From: a virus
Virus record (IMG/VR): IMGVR_UViG_3300029258_005166
Location: 71,445 to 135,444 of that record
Direction: 5' to 3' (one strand)
Length of the DNA: 64,000 nucleotides
The notes beneath the pieces were generated by a model that made no database searches, had not been told where the DNA came from, and saw only the letters and a list, made by a program, of their open reading frames with translations. Below are positions 46,691-56,881 of the stretch, one piece after another. Each line of letters starts with the position of its first letter. Position 1 is the stretch's first letter. The position numbers were made by a program, and so were the translations under genes.

Positions 46691-47884
46691 TTACCTCTTA
46701 AATAGTTGTTTGTATTGATCTGCAATTTCAGATGGAACTGGTTTTCCCGCATCAATTGCTGCTCCGATTTGTCGCCAATACTCTTGGTTATTCGCAGTTA
46801 CGTCTGTTTTTCCTTGATTACGTCGTAGTTCCTGATATTGGCCGCGAGTCATTTTCCATACCGGCTTTTCTTCCTCAATCCCCGCCTTTCTTCGAACCCA
46901 TTTGATGGCACTATCTAAGATACCGGGAGTCAACCTACCATATGGTGACGACTCTATTTTGATTTCATGTATTTTACCCTGAAATCTACTTCTACTAACC
47001 AAGAGAAATACTTTGGGCTGTAGTTTGATAACCTCGCCTTCAACTGTTCTCGGGCCTTGATTTTCGGGCAAGCCGTAGTAGACGTTTCGACCACTGTAGA
47101 GTCGTTGAAGTCCGTTTTGAGATAAGTAGACTTCAACAGCAGATCTTTTCATCCCCACACCTTTTTGTTGTTTGCGTTTAGGTGGAGCTTTGAAACTGAT
47201 TGAACGATAGCCAAATTCGCCTCCGATGCCGAACATCCTTCGTGTTGCAATATTGCCCTCACTCAATGGATAGAAATAGGTAATCCAGCCTTCTTTCCAG
47301 TTTTCTTTTACAATTGCAGCGACAATATTAGTCGGATAAGTAGCATTATCCATCTTCATGGTTTTTTTGATGAGATCTATGACCCCTTCAAAATTATCTT
47401 TGCCATATTTTCTCATACTACGAGTCATTTCGGCACTCCCTATAGAAGCATCCGAAAACCTAAGCAAAGTAAATGGAAGTCTCTCGGTTTTCTGTCTTAG
47501 AACAAATTGAAAATAGCCAAGATCTACAATTTGCTGGGCGAATGTTTCTATATCGCTTTCCGAATAGCTTTGAGCCCCCATTCGGGCTCCGGGAGTTGGG
47601 GAAATGGGGGGACTCACATGAGACACCTCCCCGGCTCTTGGTAGTTGTTGTCCTATGAATTGGACCAATCTTTCATAGGCATTTGCTATTTTCTTAAATT
47701 TAGATACCGCCTCAGGTTCGCCCGGATTAAGATCAGGATGCCATTTTTTAGCAAGGGCCCGATAAGCTATATCGAGAGTATCCTTATCTAAATTTTTACC
47801 AGCGAGATTTTCGAGACCCATGTGTTGCATGGCCTCGTAGGGGTCCATCTGAATTGCTGCTTCAAACCATTTTCTGAAATCCAT
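46691..47884 (-). CDS. J-domain (DnaJ-like) fusion protein
   Basis: AYRALAKKWHPDLNP..FKKIANAYERL; MDFRKWFE N-terminus. Confidence 0.85.
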   Translation of the reverse strand: MDFRKWFEAAIQMDPYEAMQHMGLENLAGKNLDKDTLDIAYRALAKKWHPDLNPGEPEAVSKFKKIANAYERLVQFIGQQLPRAGEVSHVSPPISPTPGARMGAQSYSESDIETFAQQIVDLGYFQFVLRQKTERLPFTLLRFSDASIGSAEMTRSMRKYGKDNFEGVIDLIKKTMKMDNATYPTNIVAAIVKENWKEGWITYFYPLSEGNIATRRMFGIGGEFGYRSISFKAPPKRKQQKGVGMKRSAVEVYLSQNGLQRLYSGRNVYYGLPENQGPRTVEGEVIKLQPKVFLLVSRSRFQGKIHEIKIESSPYGRLTPGILDSAIKWVRRKAGIEEEKPVWKMTRGQYQELRRNQGKTDVTANNQEYWRQIGAAIDAGKPVPSEIADQYKQLFKR

Positions 47885-47892
47885 ATAGGTAT

Positions 47893-48711
47893 TTAGCCGC
47901 AGCCGAAACTTTTGCCCTTCATCAAATTGGGGGGTAACTTAGGTTTATTGATGAATGGGCAAATCGATCTATACTCACAGCGGTCACAGTGCCTTCCTAT
48001 TCGCCCCCAGACCTTATCAGGGTCGTGAGCCTCTATTTGCTTATACCCCTCGCGTAACTCGTTCTCAGCGGCTTCTAGGGCCTTCTGAGAGTATGTGGCA
48101 CCGATTAGGTTTCCGCCTTCCACATAATACAGGGCTGCCTTGATCTTATCGGCAGGAACATCGAAGAGTTTCTGCACTACCCGCGAGTAGCAGCGTAATT
48201 GAAGGTCCTTTTTAATAGTTTCTTTGGTTTTTCGCCATCTCCCCCGCTTAGTGGTTTTGTAGTCGATGATGAAAAACTCGTCGCTTTTTTTAATTAGTCT
48301 GTCGATGAGGCCCACCACATGCCTCTCATTGGGGGGATCTAGGTCATATTCAAACGGATATTCTAGGTCGCCGTCAAAACCGATTTGCTCGGTAAGTGTG
48401 TGGAGTGACCTAAGATGACCCTTGAGCCGCTTCTGATAATCGGGCGGCAAAGAAGGGGCTTTTTTCTCAGTCCCACCATAGACCTCGATGGGTATTTTGC
48501 CTTGTAGTACCGCTCCACAGACTTCTTTTAGCTCCTTTTCGCCCTTGGCTCTAATGTATTCTTCTGCTATTTTGTGGAAGATGTTTCCATACACAAAATA
48601 AAAGGGTTCGGGTTCAGGAGATTCTATTTCTAGATGGTAGCGATATTTGTACTTGCAGGGGCATGTTTGGTAGATATCCCATCTACTTACAGAAATGTGG
48701 TCGATCTTCAT
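47893..48711 (-). CDS. PD-(D/E)XK exonuclease (RecB/Cas4-like)
   Basis: S.S....CP.KY, G.IDRL..IIDYKT, QL..Y, C-terminal CxxC..C. Confidence 0.88.
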   Translation of the reverse strand: MKIDHISVSRWDIYQTCPCKYKYRYHLEIESPEPEPFYFVYGNIFHKIAEEYIRAKGEKELKEVCGAVLQGKIPIEVYGGTEKKAPSLPPDYQKRLKGHLRSLHTLTEQIGFDGDLEYPFEYDLDPPNERHVVGLIDRLIKKSDEFFIIDYKTTKRGRWRKTKETIKKDLQLRCYSRVVQKLFDVPADKIKAALYYVEGGNLIGATYSQKALEAAENELREGYKQIEAHDPDKVWGRIGRHCDRCEYRSICPFINKPKLPPNLMKGKSFGCG

Positions 48712-48787
48712 GTTGCCTCCATCAATGTTGACATTTAGATGAAGGCAGTTTATCATATCTAGTGGATAAAATCTAGGGGAAAATGGA

Positions 48788-49843
48788 ATGGCAATAGAAT
48801 TTGAAAGATTTCTTGATTGGGCGGAACGTCGCTTTGGCGATATAGTTGTCAAGGGCGATGAAGTTAAAATCAATTCTATTTTCACTGAAGACCACAAACA
48901 TCATATGTGGTGTAATCCCTATGGCGGAAAGCATGGAAGACCCAACGGAGTTTTTCATTGTTGGAAAACTGATACCAAAGGTTCATTGGTTTCCTTAGTA
49001 ATGCAGGTAGACAATTGCACTTATGAGGAAGCTCTAGATATTCTTGGGGGAGCCGACACTAGGTTGTCGGAGCTAGAAAAAAAGGTCAACGAAATCTTTA
49101 GCAAGAAACCAGACCCCTCCCCTGTTGTTGAAACCAAACCATCCAAAATAGAACTTCCGCCCTTCACTTATCCTTTTGATGAACTGCCCTCCAACAGTTA
49201 CTATCGAGTTAAGGGAGAGGTCTATTTATTTCAGCGTAAACTAAACACAAACGGATTGATGATTTGCACGGCGGGAGAATTTAAGGACAGAATTGTTATC
49301 CCGTACTATGATCGTGAAGACAAACTTGTTTACTTCAACAGCAGATACATTGGCAATTCCAACAAAGTGCTGAGATACCGAGGCCCAGATAAAGAGATAG
49401 GCATTGGCAAGGGTGATGTTCTCTTCATGCCGAAATGGCCCAAGGAAAGGCAACGTGTTTTTCTCGCGGAAGGCGAATTTGATGCTCTCTCCATTCAGCA
49501 GTCGGGCCACATGGCAGCCGCTTTTGGTGGTAAGGCTTTGACCGACGAACAAATCGTCATTCTACGGAATAATCTAATTACGCCAATTATTTGTTTGGAT
49601 TCCGACAAAGCCGGAAAGGTTGGATTGAGGAGAATGGCCGAGATTCTTTTGAAGGCCGGATTTTCCGAATTTGGGTTTATCAGATCTCCCAAGGAACACA
49701 AAGATTGGAACATCCTCTTGCAGAAATTTGGGCCCAAAGTCTTATTCCATTACATTCAAAAAAACGTCAAATTTTACGAAGGCAGTCACCACCGAACGGA
49801 TGGGGAATGGACCAACATGGCTTTGGAATATCGGGATCTGTAA
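48788..49843 (+). CDS. DNA primase (DnaG/TOPRIM)
   Basis: FHCW, RIVIP, EGEFDA, DSDKAG, KDWN. Confidence 0.88.
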   Translation: MAIEFERFLDWAERRFGDIVVKGDEVKINSIFTEDHKHHMWCNPYGGKHGRPNGVFHCWKTDTKGSLVSLVMQVDNCTYEEALDILGGADTRLSELEKKVNEIFSKKPDPSPVVETKPSKIELPPFTYPFDELPSNSYYRVKGEVYLFQRKLNTNGLMICTAGEFKDRIVIPYYDREDKLVYFNSRYIGNSNKVLRYRGPDKEIGIGKGDVLFMPKWPKERQRVFLAEGEFDALSIQQSGHMAAAFGGKALTDEQIVILRNNLITPIICLDSDKAGKVGLRRMAEILLKAGFSEFGFIRSPKEHKDWNILLQKFGPKVLFHYIQKNVKFYEGSHHRTDGEWTNMALEYRDL

Positions 49844-49855
49844 CTCTTCTAAGAT

Positions 49856-50323
49856 ATGGAAGAAAAAGCCATACTACCACCAACGAAGAACTTGCTTAGA
49901 CCATTCATAGGGAAGGTTTGCACAATCTTTACCGTCCCAATAAATCGCAATTTCAAAGAAGAGAATCCGGGCACCTTTACCGAACAAGTATTCAACTACT
50001 TTACTGGCAGAGTATTAGAAACAGATGCAGAAGGAGTTTTGCTTGAGCAGCTTACACCCGAACGCTTGAGAAGCTATTTTTGCAAGCAACATATTATCGC
50101 AATCTGTCAAGAAGAAGAGCTAAATCCCAACAATCCTGAACATGCCAAGAAGATAGCTGAGTTAAAAAAGGAAAGCGTAGCAAAAACAGAACTTAAAAAA
50201 CAGGCTCAAGCAAAGTTGGCAAAAGAGGCAGAAATCCCACCATCCGGTCAGTTCATGGATATAAATGCCATGAATGCTTTTTCAGAACAAATGCAGAATC
50301 AATCTCGCAATAGCAATAAGTAA
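49856..50323 (+). CDS. Hypothetical protein
   Basis: ACTCTTCTA-N4-ATG. Confidence 0.6.
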   Translation: MEEKAILPPTKNLLRPFIGKVCTIFTVPINRNFKEENPGTFTEQVFNYFTGRVLETDAEGVLLEQLTPERLRSYFCKQHIIAICQEEELNPNNPEHAKKIAELKKESVAKTELKKQAQAKLAKEAEIPPSGQFMDINAMNAFSEQMQNQSRNSNK

Positions 50324-52680
50324 TAGGTCTTGTGGAATCTTGAAGGCAAATATTGCAATATATCGTGTGATTCAGCTTGTTTAAACAAAGCGGGCCTTCC
50401 CGTTTTCCTACCCCTTTCTTTTTCTGCTAAGGTCAGTATCTCGTCTAGGTAATGATCGAGATCGGCCAAACTTGCCTCGCCTTTCTCGATTTGGGGCCTA
50501 ATTTGATCGACTAAACTCGACACCATACCCTTTAGGTCGTCTTTTCGCGGCGACGGTTTTAATTCATCAATTTCGTCCTTGACCTTTTCGAGTTTTTCCT
50601 CGGTTTCGGGAGGTATTTCAATTTCCTCTTTAGCTTTTTCAGATTTTGGTTTTCGCTTGGGTTTGGCTTTGGGCTTAGGTTTTTCTGGCAGTTTCAAAAC
50701 ATGTTGTTTATAGAGACCTTCAAGCTGTTTCTCCGCATTTGTCTCAGGAGACCATGTGGGTCCTGTTCCTTTTTCAATAGCTCTCAACAAGCCATCTACC
50801 ACCGTAGCTAGCATCTTATCGCCTGCTGTTCCGCCCGCCGCCGCCACTTTTTTGATTTCTTCAGCCATTTTCTCTGGTGTGGGACGTTCGCTCGGTGCTT
50901 CGGCTTTGCGTTCCGGCTTTGGTTCTGGCTTTGGTTCTGGCTTGTCCTTGGGTTTTTCTCTGGCTTCTGCTTGCAGTTTCTTAATTTCTTTGCGAAATTC
51001 TTCGATGCGATTTGTGTAATGTTGAACTTTCGCATCTTTCAAAAGAGGAATATATCCTGGCTCAAATTCTGCCATCCCCTGGAGCGTTTTTCGGTAATGT
51101 TCCAATCTACCGACTAATCGATCTTGCTTTTCGCTTACAGGCAACTTATCGGCCTGCTTCATAAGTTTTTCGATTTCCTTTCCAAACAATTCCTCAAGTC
51201 GCCTTCCCTTCTTTCTCAATTCCTCTTGTTCCTCTGGCGATGTTTCGGGCTTGGGAGCAGGAGACGGGGGTTTTGGTTTCGCCTCTCCAGTTGGAGCGGG
51301 CTTGCTTGGTATTGGTTTTTCAACAAAGAAGTTCCTAAGATTAAGAAGATCATCGCCTCCTGGCACCCAACCCAATTTTTGAAGGTTGTTTTTAACGTAA
51401 TTAAAAGCTTTTTTGTCGGCCAAGTTTGTAATGCCGAGACGATCCAAAAGATGACCCAACACATTACCCGAAATATGTACCGCTATGCTCTTTGGATGCT
51501 TCTCTCGTTCAGCAGAAAGATTGGTCACTTCCTCAAGAGCCTCTCGCACCGCCTGCTTGTCAAGAATATTCACGCCCTTGTGGATCAGCCAACGTAAGAC
51601 ATCGACGTGTCGTTCAGTACCGCTCTTTTTTGACAACCAGCCGCCCAAAGATGGATCTTTTTCGACCCTTTGGGGTTTCGTTTTGGTTGCCCAACGATTA
51701 AACCAAGTTAATTCCGGTGTTGGTGGTGTTGTGGTTAAATCAGGATTTTCGAATTTTTCTTTGATGGTCAATTTGCTAGGCTTGACTTTGGGTTCGGCTT
51801 CCGCTGCTGCCGCCTCTTCTTCTTCTCGTTTTTTTATATCCGCAGCAATCTCCGCATCTGTTTTTTCTTCAGGCTCGGTTTCTGCTTGCCCAGAAACATC
51901 AATCTCTCCCGGAGTGGGGACATCGGTAATGTCACCGATTCCAGTGGGTTTCGGTGTCCCAGGAGGAGCTTCGGGAGGGAAAGAAACGCTTGAAGGAACT
52001 ACACCTCTGATTCTTTCAATAGCTCGTCGGGCTTTGCGGATCAAACCTTTAAGAGCATTTCTAAATCTGTTGAGTATACTTCTAAGTCTACGAGCAATTC
52101 GTGCCTCAGAATAAACATGCTCCGACAATAGATCGTCTATAATCTCATCCGCTAGTAGATCCATCTGTTTTTCAAACTCAATGTATTCCCTTAGAGTTAA
52201 GCGAGGAATCGGGCCTTCCGTTTTAGGTTGTCCATAAATACCCCATCTCAAAGGCCCTTTTAGTTCTTCGGAAGGTTTTGGTGTAGGAGCAGGTTCTCTT
52301 GGAGGTCTTCCTTCTCTAGCACTAATCGGAGTCGGAGTAGAAGGTCTTTCTCTAGTACCAAGAGGAGGACGAGATGGCTCTTCCTCTGAACCACTCCAAA
52401 GCCACTTCAATAAACCTTTGATTCCTTTCCAACGAGGTTTCTTTTTGGGGGCTTCTCTCGCAGCCCTTTCGGCATCCTGCCAACTCATGCCGGTTACTTG
52501 GGGATACCTAACACCTCCGGGTCTTGGTTGTGTGGGTTCGACCTCCACTTCTGGTCGCCCTGCCCTTTCCCGGAAGTATTCCCCTAATTCATCCCGTAGT
52601 TTATTGACGAGATCATCAACCTCAGTTTCTAGATCCTGTAGGACTTTTACAGCCTGTAGTTGTTCTGCTGATAATGCCAT
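50299..52680 (-). CDS. 793-aa Pro/Glu/Lys-rich low-complexity protein (putative internal virion protein)
   Basis: PKPE repeats; TATATA motif and RBS upstream. Confidence 0.6.
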   Translation of the reverse strand: MALSAEQLQAVKVLQDLETEVDDLVNKLRDELGEYFRERAGRPEVEVEPTQPRPGGVRYPQVTGMSWQDAERAAREAPKKKPRWKGIKGLLKWLWSGSEEEPSRPPLGTRERPSTPTPISAREGRPPREPAPTPKPSEELKGPLRWGIYGQPKTEGPIPRLTLREYIEFEKQMDLLADEIIDDLLSEHVYSEARIARRLRSILNRFRNALKGLIRKARRAIERIRGVVPSSVSFPPEAPPGTPKPTGIGDITDVPTPGEIDVSGQAETEPEEKTDAEIAADIKKREEEEAAAAEAEPKVKPSKLTIKEKFENPDLTTTPPTPELTWFNRWATKTKPQRVEKDPSLGGWLSKKSGTERHVDVLRWLIHKGVNILDKQAVREALEEVTNLSAEREKHPKSIAVHISGNVLGHLLDRLGITNLADKKAFNYVKNNLQKLGWVPGGDDLLNLRNFFVEKPIPSKPAPTGEAKPKPPSPAPKPETSPEEQEELRKKGRRLEELFGKEIEKLMKQADKLPVSEKQDRLVGRLEHYRKTLQGMAEFEPGYIPLLKDAKVQHYTNRIEEFRKEIKKLQAEAREKPKDKPEPKPEPKPERKAEAPSERPTPEKMAEEIKKVAAAGGTAGDKMLATVVDGLLRAIEKGTGPTWSPETNAEKQLEGLYKQHVLKLPEKPKPKAKPKRKPKSEKAKEEIEIPPETEEKLEKVKDEIDELKPSPRKDDLKGMVSSLVDQIRPQIEKGEASLADLDHYLDEILTLAEKERGRKTGRPALFKQAESHDILQYLPSRFHKTYYLLLLRD

Positions 52681-52722
52681 ACCATATCCCCTTTTAGCTT
52701 ATATAGAAGCCCCAAGAAGATA

Positions 52723-52965
52723 TTAGATGTTCCTGTGATCTTGAATTTTTTTGAGAGACATGATGCAAGCATCAAAACGATGGAACTCACTTCGCAAATA
52801 TTCCAATTGAAGAGTTTCAAACTCCTCCACCTCGTTTCCTGAGATTTCAAATAGGATATCCTTGCCGTGCCTTCCCACAACCTTGTAGCCATGCATTAAG
52901 AGGTAAGCTCCCGCTCCTAAATCACTTACGGATCGGGTGATGGTATCGGTATCTGTATCTGTCAT
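52723..52965 (-). CDS. DUF5659-like small protein
   Basis: SDLGAGAYL...GY...ILFE...SLK pattern. Confidence 0.5.
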   Translation of the reverse strand: MTDTDTDTITRSVSDLGAGAYLLMHGYKVVGRHGKDILFEISGNEVEEFETLQLEYLRSEFHRFDACIMSLKKIQDHRNI

Positions 52966-52986
52966 GTTCTTTTCCTTCATTCTGAG

Positions 52987-53019
52987 GGCACTCTTCGCCG
53001 CTTTGCGGCGAAGAGTGCC
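52987..53019. repeat. Perfect 15-bp palindrome, TTT loop, no T-tail
   Basis: GGCACTCTTCGCCGC-TTT-GCGGCGAAGAGTGCC. Confidence 0.85.
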
Positions 53020-53040
53020 ATTGTGTATGAAACTAAACTA

Positions 53041-53478
53041 TTAGTCTAAGACCGCTAGTTTCCTTAAATAAATAAGTTGTCCTTCAAGAATTTTTGCATC
53101 ATTTAAGATATTTGATGCCTGTTTTCGCATATTCGCTATTCGTTCTTCGATCATGTCAAATGTCGTTTTTTGCTGGATTTTGGCGACTCCTGCTAAAGCT
53201 AGCACTTCCTTATAGGTTTTGCGGGAAACCTCCTTTTCCTCCAAACTCACAATATCAGGGGCCATTACACGGACATATTCCAAACCCGAATCATATAATT
53301 CTTTCTTTTCACCAATTGTTTGATGAAGCACACGAACATTTGCCATAGGGACATCAACATAATCTTCGGGATTGACGGAGTCGTGGAAGGGTCCATGACA
53401 TTTAAGATCATCCTCGATTTTGTTTCTTACCCCTTTTTCGTATTCTTTAAAACAATCTCTTTCTAGTTGCTTACTCAT
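53041..53478 (-). CDS. Hypothetical protein
   Basis: AAGGAG RBS before MSKQL. Confidence 0.6.
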   Translation of the reverse strand: MSKQLERDCFKEYEKGVRNKIEDDLKCHGPFHDSVNPEDYVDVPMANVRVLHQTIGEKKELYDSGLEYVRVMAPDIVSLEEKEVSRKTYKEVLALAGVAKIQQKTTFDMIEERIANMRKQASNILNDAKILEGQLIYLRKLAVLD

Positions 53479-53489
53479 TTTTCTCCTTA

Positions 53490-55604
53490 TTAGGCATGTT
53501 CTGCGGCTATCAGGCAACCTCTCGCCACAGAATAGAGAGGTTCCTTCGGCCTGATGACACTGCCAATTTTGATTGGCAGTTTGGCCCCCTCTAGTTCCTT
53601 TTTGAACAGTTGAGGGAAGCCCTTGGGAGAACTCGTTCCCCCAGCGACCACAATATCAACAGGGTCATCCAAAGGCCTCTGCTGACACTGTTCAAAGCCT
53701 TTTTTGATACCCTGAACAGTTTTGTGGATCATGATTTCGTATTGGCCCTTAATGGCTCTGTGGACGTATTCAGAACTGTCACCCGACAAGTCAATCTTTT
53801 CCTTCTCTCGATTGACGTAGCTAGTGGTTTCTTCGCCAATGGCTCTGGATGCTTGCTTATCGATCCAGTCGCCACTGTTGACAAGAGAGAACTTAAAGAG
53901 CGGGGCACCGAACATCGACATGCAAACGTTGACCATGCCAGCACCGCAATTGTGAATAGTTAATTGTGGACCTGAAAACGAATGGTCTTCTTCAACAACT
54001 AAATCATAGACGATTCCTGAATATTCATTCGTTTCTAATTTTGTTATTCGCGAGCAACAGAAACCATTTTCTATGAATATTTTCTCCATAAATGTACTAT
54101 TATCGCAAGTAATAGTTCTAACTGCTTCTAAAAGTGAAAGAAAGCACTTTTTCCCACTAGCGATAACTGACCACTCTTTTTTCTTGCCATTTATTGTTCT
54201 ACCATCTATTGTTCCTCCTTGACGCGGAGGTCTGGAACTTAGACTTGCAGCGAATCCAATTCTAGAAAGACATTGTTTCGCCAATAAAATCAGCGACGTA
54301 TTGGTGTTAGCAAAACAGAGAGTTCCATCTTCTATCCACCCATCAGAACGAACCAAACCGGCCAGCAAATTAAAACAATCGCCATTGCTAATTCTTTCTA
54401 AAGACCAAGGATACCTTTTCCTTTTAAATTCATCATAGCAATGATTTTTAAACCAATTCATGAGTCCTTTGCTATAACACTTTAGTCGAGTTGTGTTTTC
54501 ATCTTTTCTCGTTCGGTTACTGGCTTTCCCGAAATTTTTCTCCAGGATACGTTCAACATCTTCTAAGTTCTCAATTTCGGTTGAAGCAAAATCAAATTGA
54601 ACACATGGCTCTGATTCGCTAATACTACCGTCACCCATAAAATATCCTATTAGTCTTTGCACGTCTTGAGACACTTCTATGTGTTTTTTGGAATATTCTT
54701 TTGAACATGTGATTCTTTCGCATAGGGTAATTGTTGGCCTCCCTTTAGATCGATTTCGATCAATAATTGGTTCTCCTACAATATCTCCAACACGAACTTC
54801 TTCACAACCAATCCATTGCCACACATCATCTTTTTTGACATAAAGTTCATGATTATCAACAAAACGATAAAAATTATCTTCGCCTGCATATCCGGTAATG
54901 TGAACATCTGTTTCCAAGCCGTCAAAATGTTTTGTAATGACTTGGCTAACTGGTCGCCATCTTCCCTTATGCGTTAAAACCTCATCTCCCTTTCTAACAT
55001 CTTCTATCTTTATGATTCCTCTTTTTGTATAGATTTTAGTTCCAGGAACCAAACAAGAAATTCCAATGCCCGTCCATTTTTTCTCCTCAAGTTCGGCGTA
55101 AACTAAGGCCAAACCTTCATTGATTTCGCTTAGTTTCAACCTCATATTGCCCTTTTCATCTTCCATTCCCTGAAAGATATTTCTAAGGATCATGCTGTGG
55201 TAATCTGCATCTGTTTCCTGGTTAATAGCGTTTGAGGGAACACTGTAGAATAGCGTATCCTTAGGCTGAACACGATCTAGCATCCCGTAGATCATGTCGC
55301 TCATGATCTCTTGGGCTCGCCTTTCCTTAGGATTGAGGCATCCGTCTTTCATAGGCCTACGCAGTTGCAGGGTATTGATTGAATGGGCCATATTTACGGC
55401 GGCCTGCCCACAGGCATAAAATACCCCTCGCTCTTTGTCTTCAATCAAGGGGGCACCTTTTTCGTCCATCATGTTGAAGACATAGTCGTCTAACTCTAGT
55501 TCCAGAAAAGCATTTACCTCTTTTTTGTAGGCAATTTTGCCGTCTGGTTTCCGAAAAGCACAAATCATATTGTACGTTCCAGCATCAAAACCAAAACAAG
55601 CCAT
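53490..55604 (-). CDS. Actin-like ATPase (volactin/MreB-like) with intein; 335 aa after splicing
   Basis: GFDAGT, RRPMKDG, INEGLA, GIS|CGAGMVN, GDWID, VVAGGTS, PLYSVARG. Confidence 0.88.
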   Translation of the reverse strand: MACFGFDAGTYNMICAFRKPDGKIAYKKEVNAFLELELDDYVFNMMDEKGAPLIEDKERGVFYACGQAAVNMAHSINTLQLRRPMKDGCLNPKERRAQEIMSDMIYGMLDRVQPKDTLFYSVPSNAINQETDADYHSMILRNIFQGMEDEKGNMRLKLSEINEGLALVYAELEEKKWTGIGISCLVPGTKIYTKRGIIKIEDVRKGDEVLTHKGRWRPVSQVITKHFDGLETDVHITGYAGEDNFYRFVDNHELYVKKDDVWQWIGCEEVRVGDIVGEPIIDRNRSKGRPTITLCERITCSKEYSKKHIEVSQDVQRLIGYFMGDGSISESEPCVQFDFASTEIENLEDVERILEKNFGKASNRTRKDENTTRLKCYSKGLMNWFKNHCYDEFKRKRYPWSLERISNGDCFNLLAGLVRSDGWIEDGTLCFANTNTSLILLAKQCLSRIGFAASLSSRPPRQGGTIDGRTINGKKKEWSVIASGKKCFLSLLEAVRTITCDNSTFMEKIFIENGFCCSRITKLETNEYSGIVYDLVVEEDHSFSGPQLTIHNCGAGMVNVCMSMFGAPLFKFSLVNSGDWIDKQASRAIGEETTSYVNREKEKIDLSGDSSEYVHRAIKGQYEIMIHKTVQGIKKGFEQCQQRPLDDPVDIVVAGGTSSPKGFPQLFKKELEGAKLPIKIGSVIRPKEPLYSVARGCLIAAEHA
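53949..55055 (-). mobile_element. Intein (369 aa, LAGLIDADG) in the actin phosphate-2 loop
   Basis: CLVPGT...TIHN|C; LIGYFMGDG, LAGLVRSDG. Confidence 0.92.
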
Positions 55605-55852
55605 TATTCCTCCTCTACGGTTTCTCCGAATTTGATCTTTCTATTTTTGGAAGAGAAATTGGGAGGAACCCAGGCGGGCCTCTCCGCATCGTCTTCCTGT
55701 TTGTCGGGCTGAGTGCCCTTGCTGATTGACAAGCCATCCGAGTTAAGATTGACATTTAACTCCAGGACGATTGGATCGAAGGTAATGTGAATTGCACACT
55801 CGCCCTCTTTAGTGACAAATTTCGTCTCATTTGGTCTTATTAGAAAAGGCAT
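55604..55852 (-). CDS. Hypothetical protein coupled to the actin gene
   Basis: TAATG overlap with actin; TATATA upstream. Confidence 0.5.
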   Translation of the reverse strand: MPFLIRPNETKFVTKEGECAIHITFDPIVLELNVNLNSDGLSISKGTQPDKQEDDAERPAWVPPNFSSKNRKIKFGETVEEE

Positions 55853-55889
55853 ATCACTGTATATAGGAAAAATTCTTTGCTTTTTGTTA

Positions 55890-56831
55890 TCATCGAGGCC
55901 ATTTCTGCAACATCTTTTCAACACCTTCCATAATCATGTCGGTCGTTATTTCTGTGAGACAGGGCTTAGGAACAGTTTTTGTTTTAGGACAGATGGGCCA
56001 GTAATAACATGGACCACAATCCCAATCTCCGTTGTCTCTATGCTTTTGCACCAGAACGAAATCGTAGTACCGGCCATATACCTTTCCATCTGCAAACGTG
56101 AAAATGCCCGTAAGAGGTTTACCTACGCCGCCTGCATAATGAAAACCCGCTGTATCGACAGTTATCACATAATCAGCGACCTCTATTGCTCCCATCCACT
56201 GTCGGATAGACAGATCATGCCACACCGGCACCGGCAAATGAGGCATAGGTTTGTGGTGAAGCACGTAGACAAAGAAATCTATCTTTCGAAGCTGCTCAAT
56301 GAGCGAAAGCTGCTGTTGTTCCGTTAGGTTCTTGACAATCATTGCCGACATCGGACACAGAACTATCGCGGGCTTACCGCCACGTACTGCATCAAGTCGT
56401 TTTCTCGCGGATTCGATGTATTCGGGTTCTAATCGAATATGCATATTGTGTCGAGTCAATTCGACACCGCAATGATTGGCCCAAATATCGCTTCGATGTT
56501 TTTGCGAGAAAGGAGCCATGGACATTTCGTACCGAGTACAAGCACTCGTCGTCGTGTAATAGGCAACGTATTTCCTAGCATCTACTTTCTGGGAATCCAG
56601 CACCTCATCAATGAAAGGGTGGTCCTCAACGGCACTGTGATATTTGGTGGGGCAAGCAAAAACAACTTCTATGTCGGGAGCGAGAAGCTTGAAATCCTCA
56701 AACATCATTCTGTGCATCAGGATGTCGCCCAAACCACCGGTTTCCCGAAGAATCAGGACTTTATTCCGCTTTTCAAAAAATTGTCGTAGCGTAAGTGGTG
56801 GCGGTTTGATTGGTCTGGTTATTCTGGCCAT
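55890..56831 (-). CDS. GT9-like glycosyltransferase
   Basis: GGLGD, HPFIDEV, ITVDTAGFHYAG, C.PC...C. Confidence 0.85.
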   Translation of the reverse strand: MARITRPIKPPPLTLRQFFEKRNKVLILRETGGLGDILMHRMMFEDFKLLAPDIEVVFACPTKYHSAVEDHPFIDEVLDSQKVDARKYVAYYTTTSACTRYEMSMAPFSQKHRSDIWANHCGVELTRHNMHIRLEPEYIESARKRLDAVRGGKPAIVLCPMSAMIVKNLTEQQQLSLIEQLRKIDFFVYVLHHKPMPHLPVPVWHDLSIRQWMGAIEVADYVITVDTAGFHYAGGVGKPLTGIFTFADGKVYGRYYDFVLVQKHRDNGDWDCGPCYYWPICPKTKTVPKPCLTEITTDMIMEGVEKMLQKWPR

Positions 56832-56881
56832 ACTTTAAATGAGTTATGGCCGTTTATTCATATTTAGATTCTAAAAAAAAA

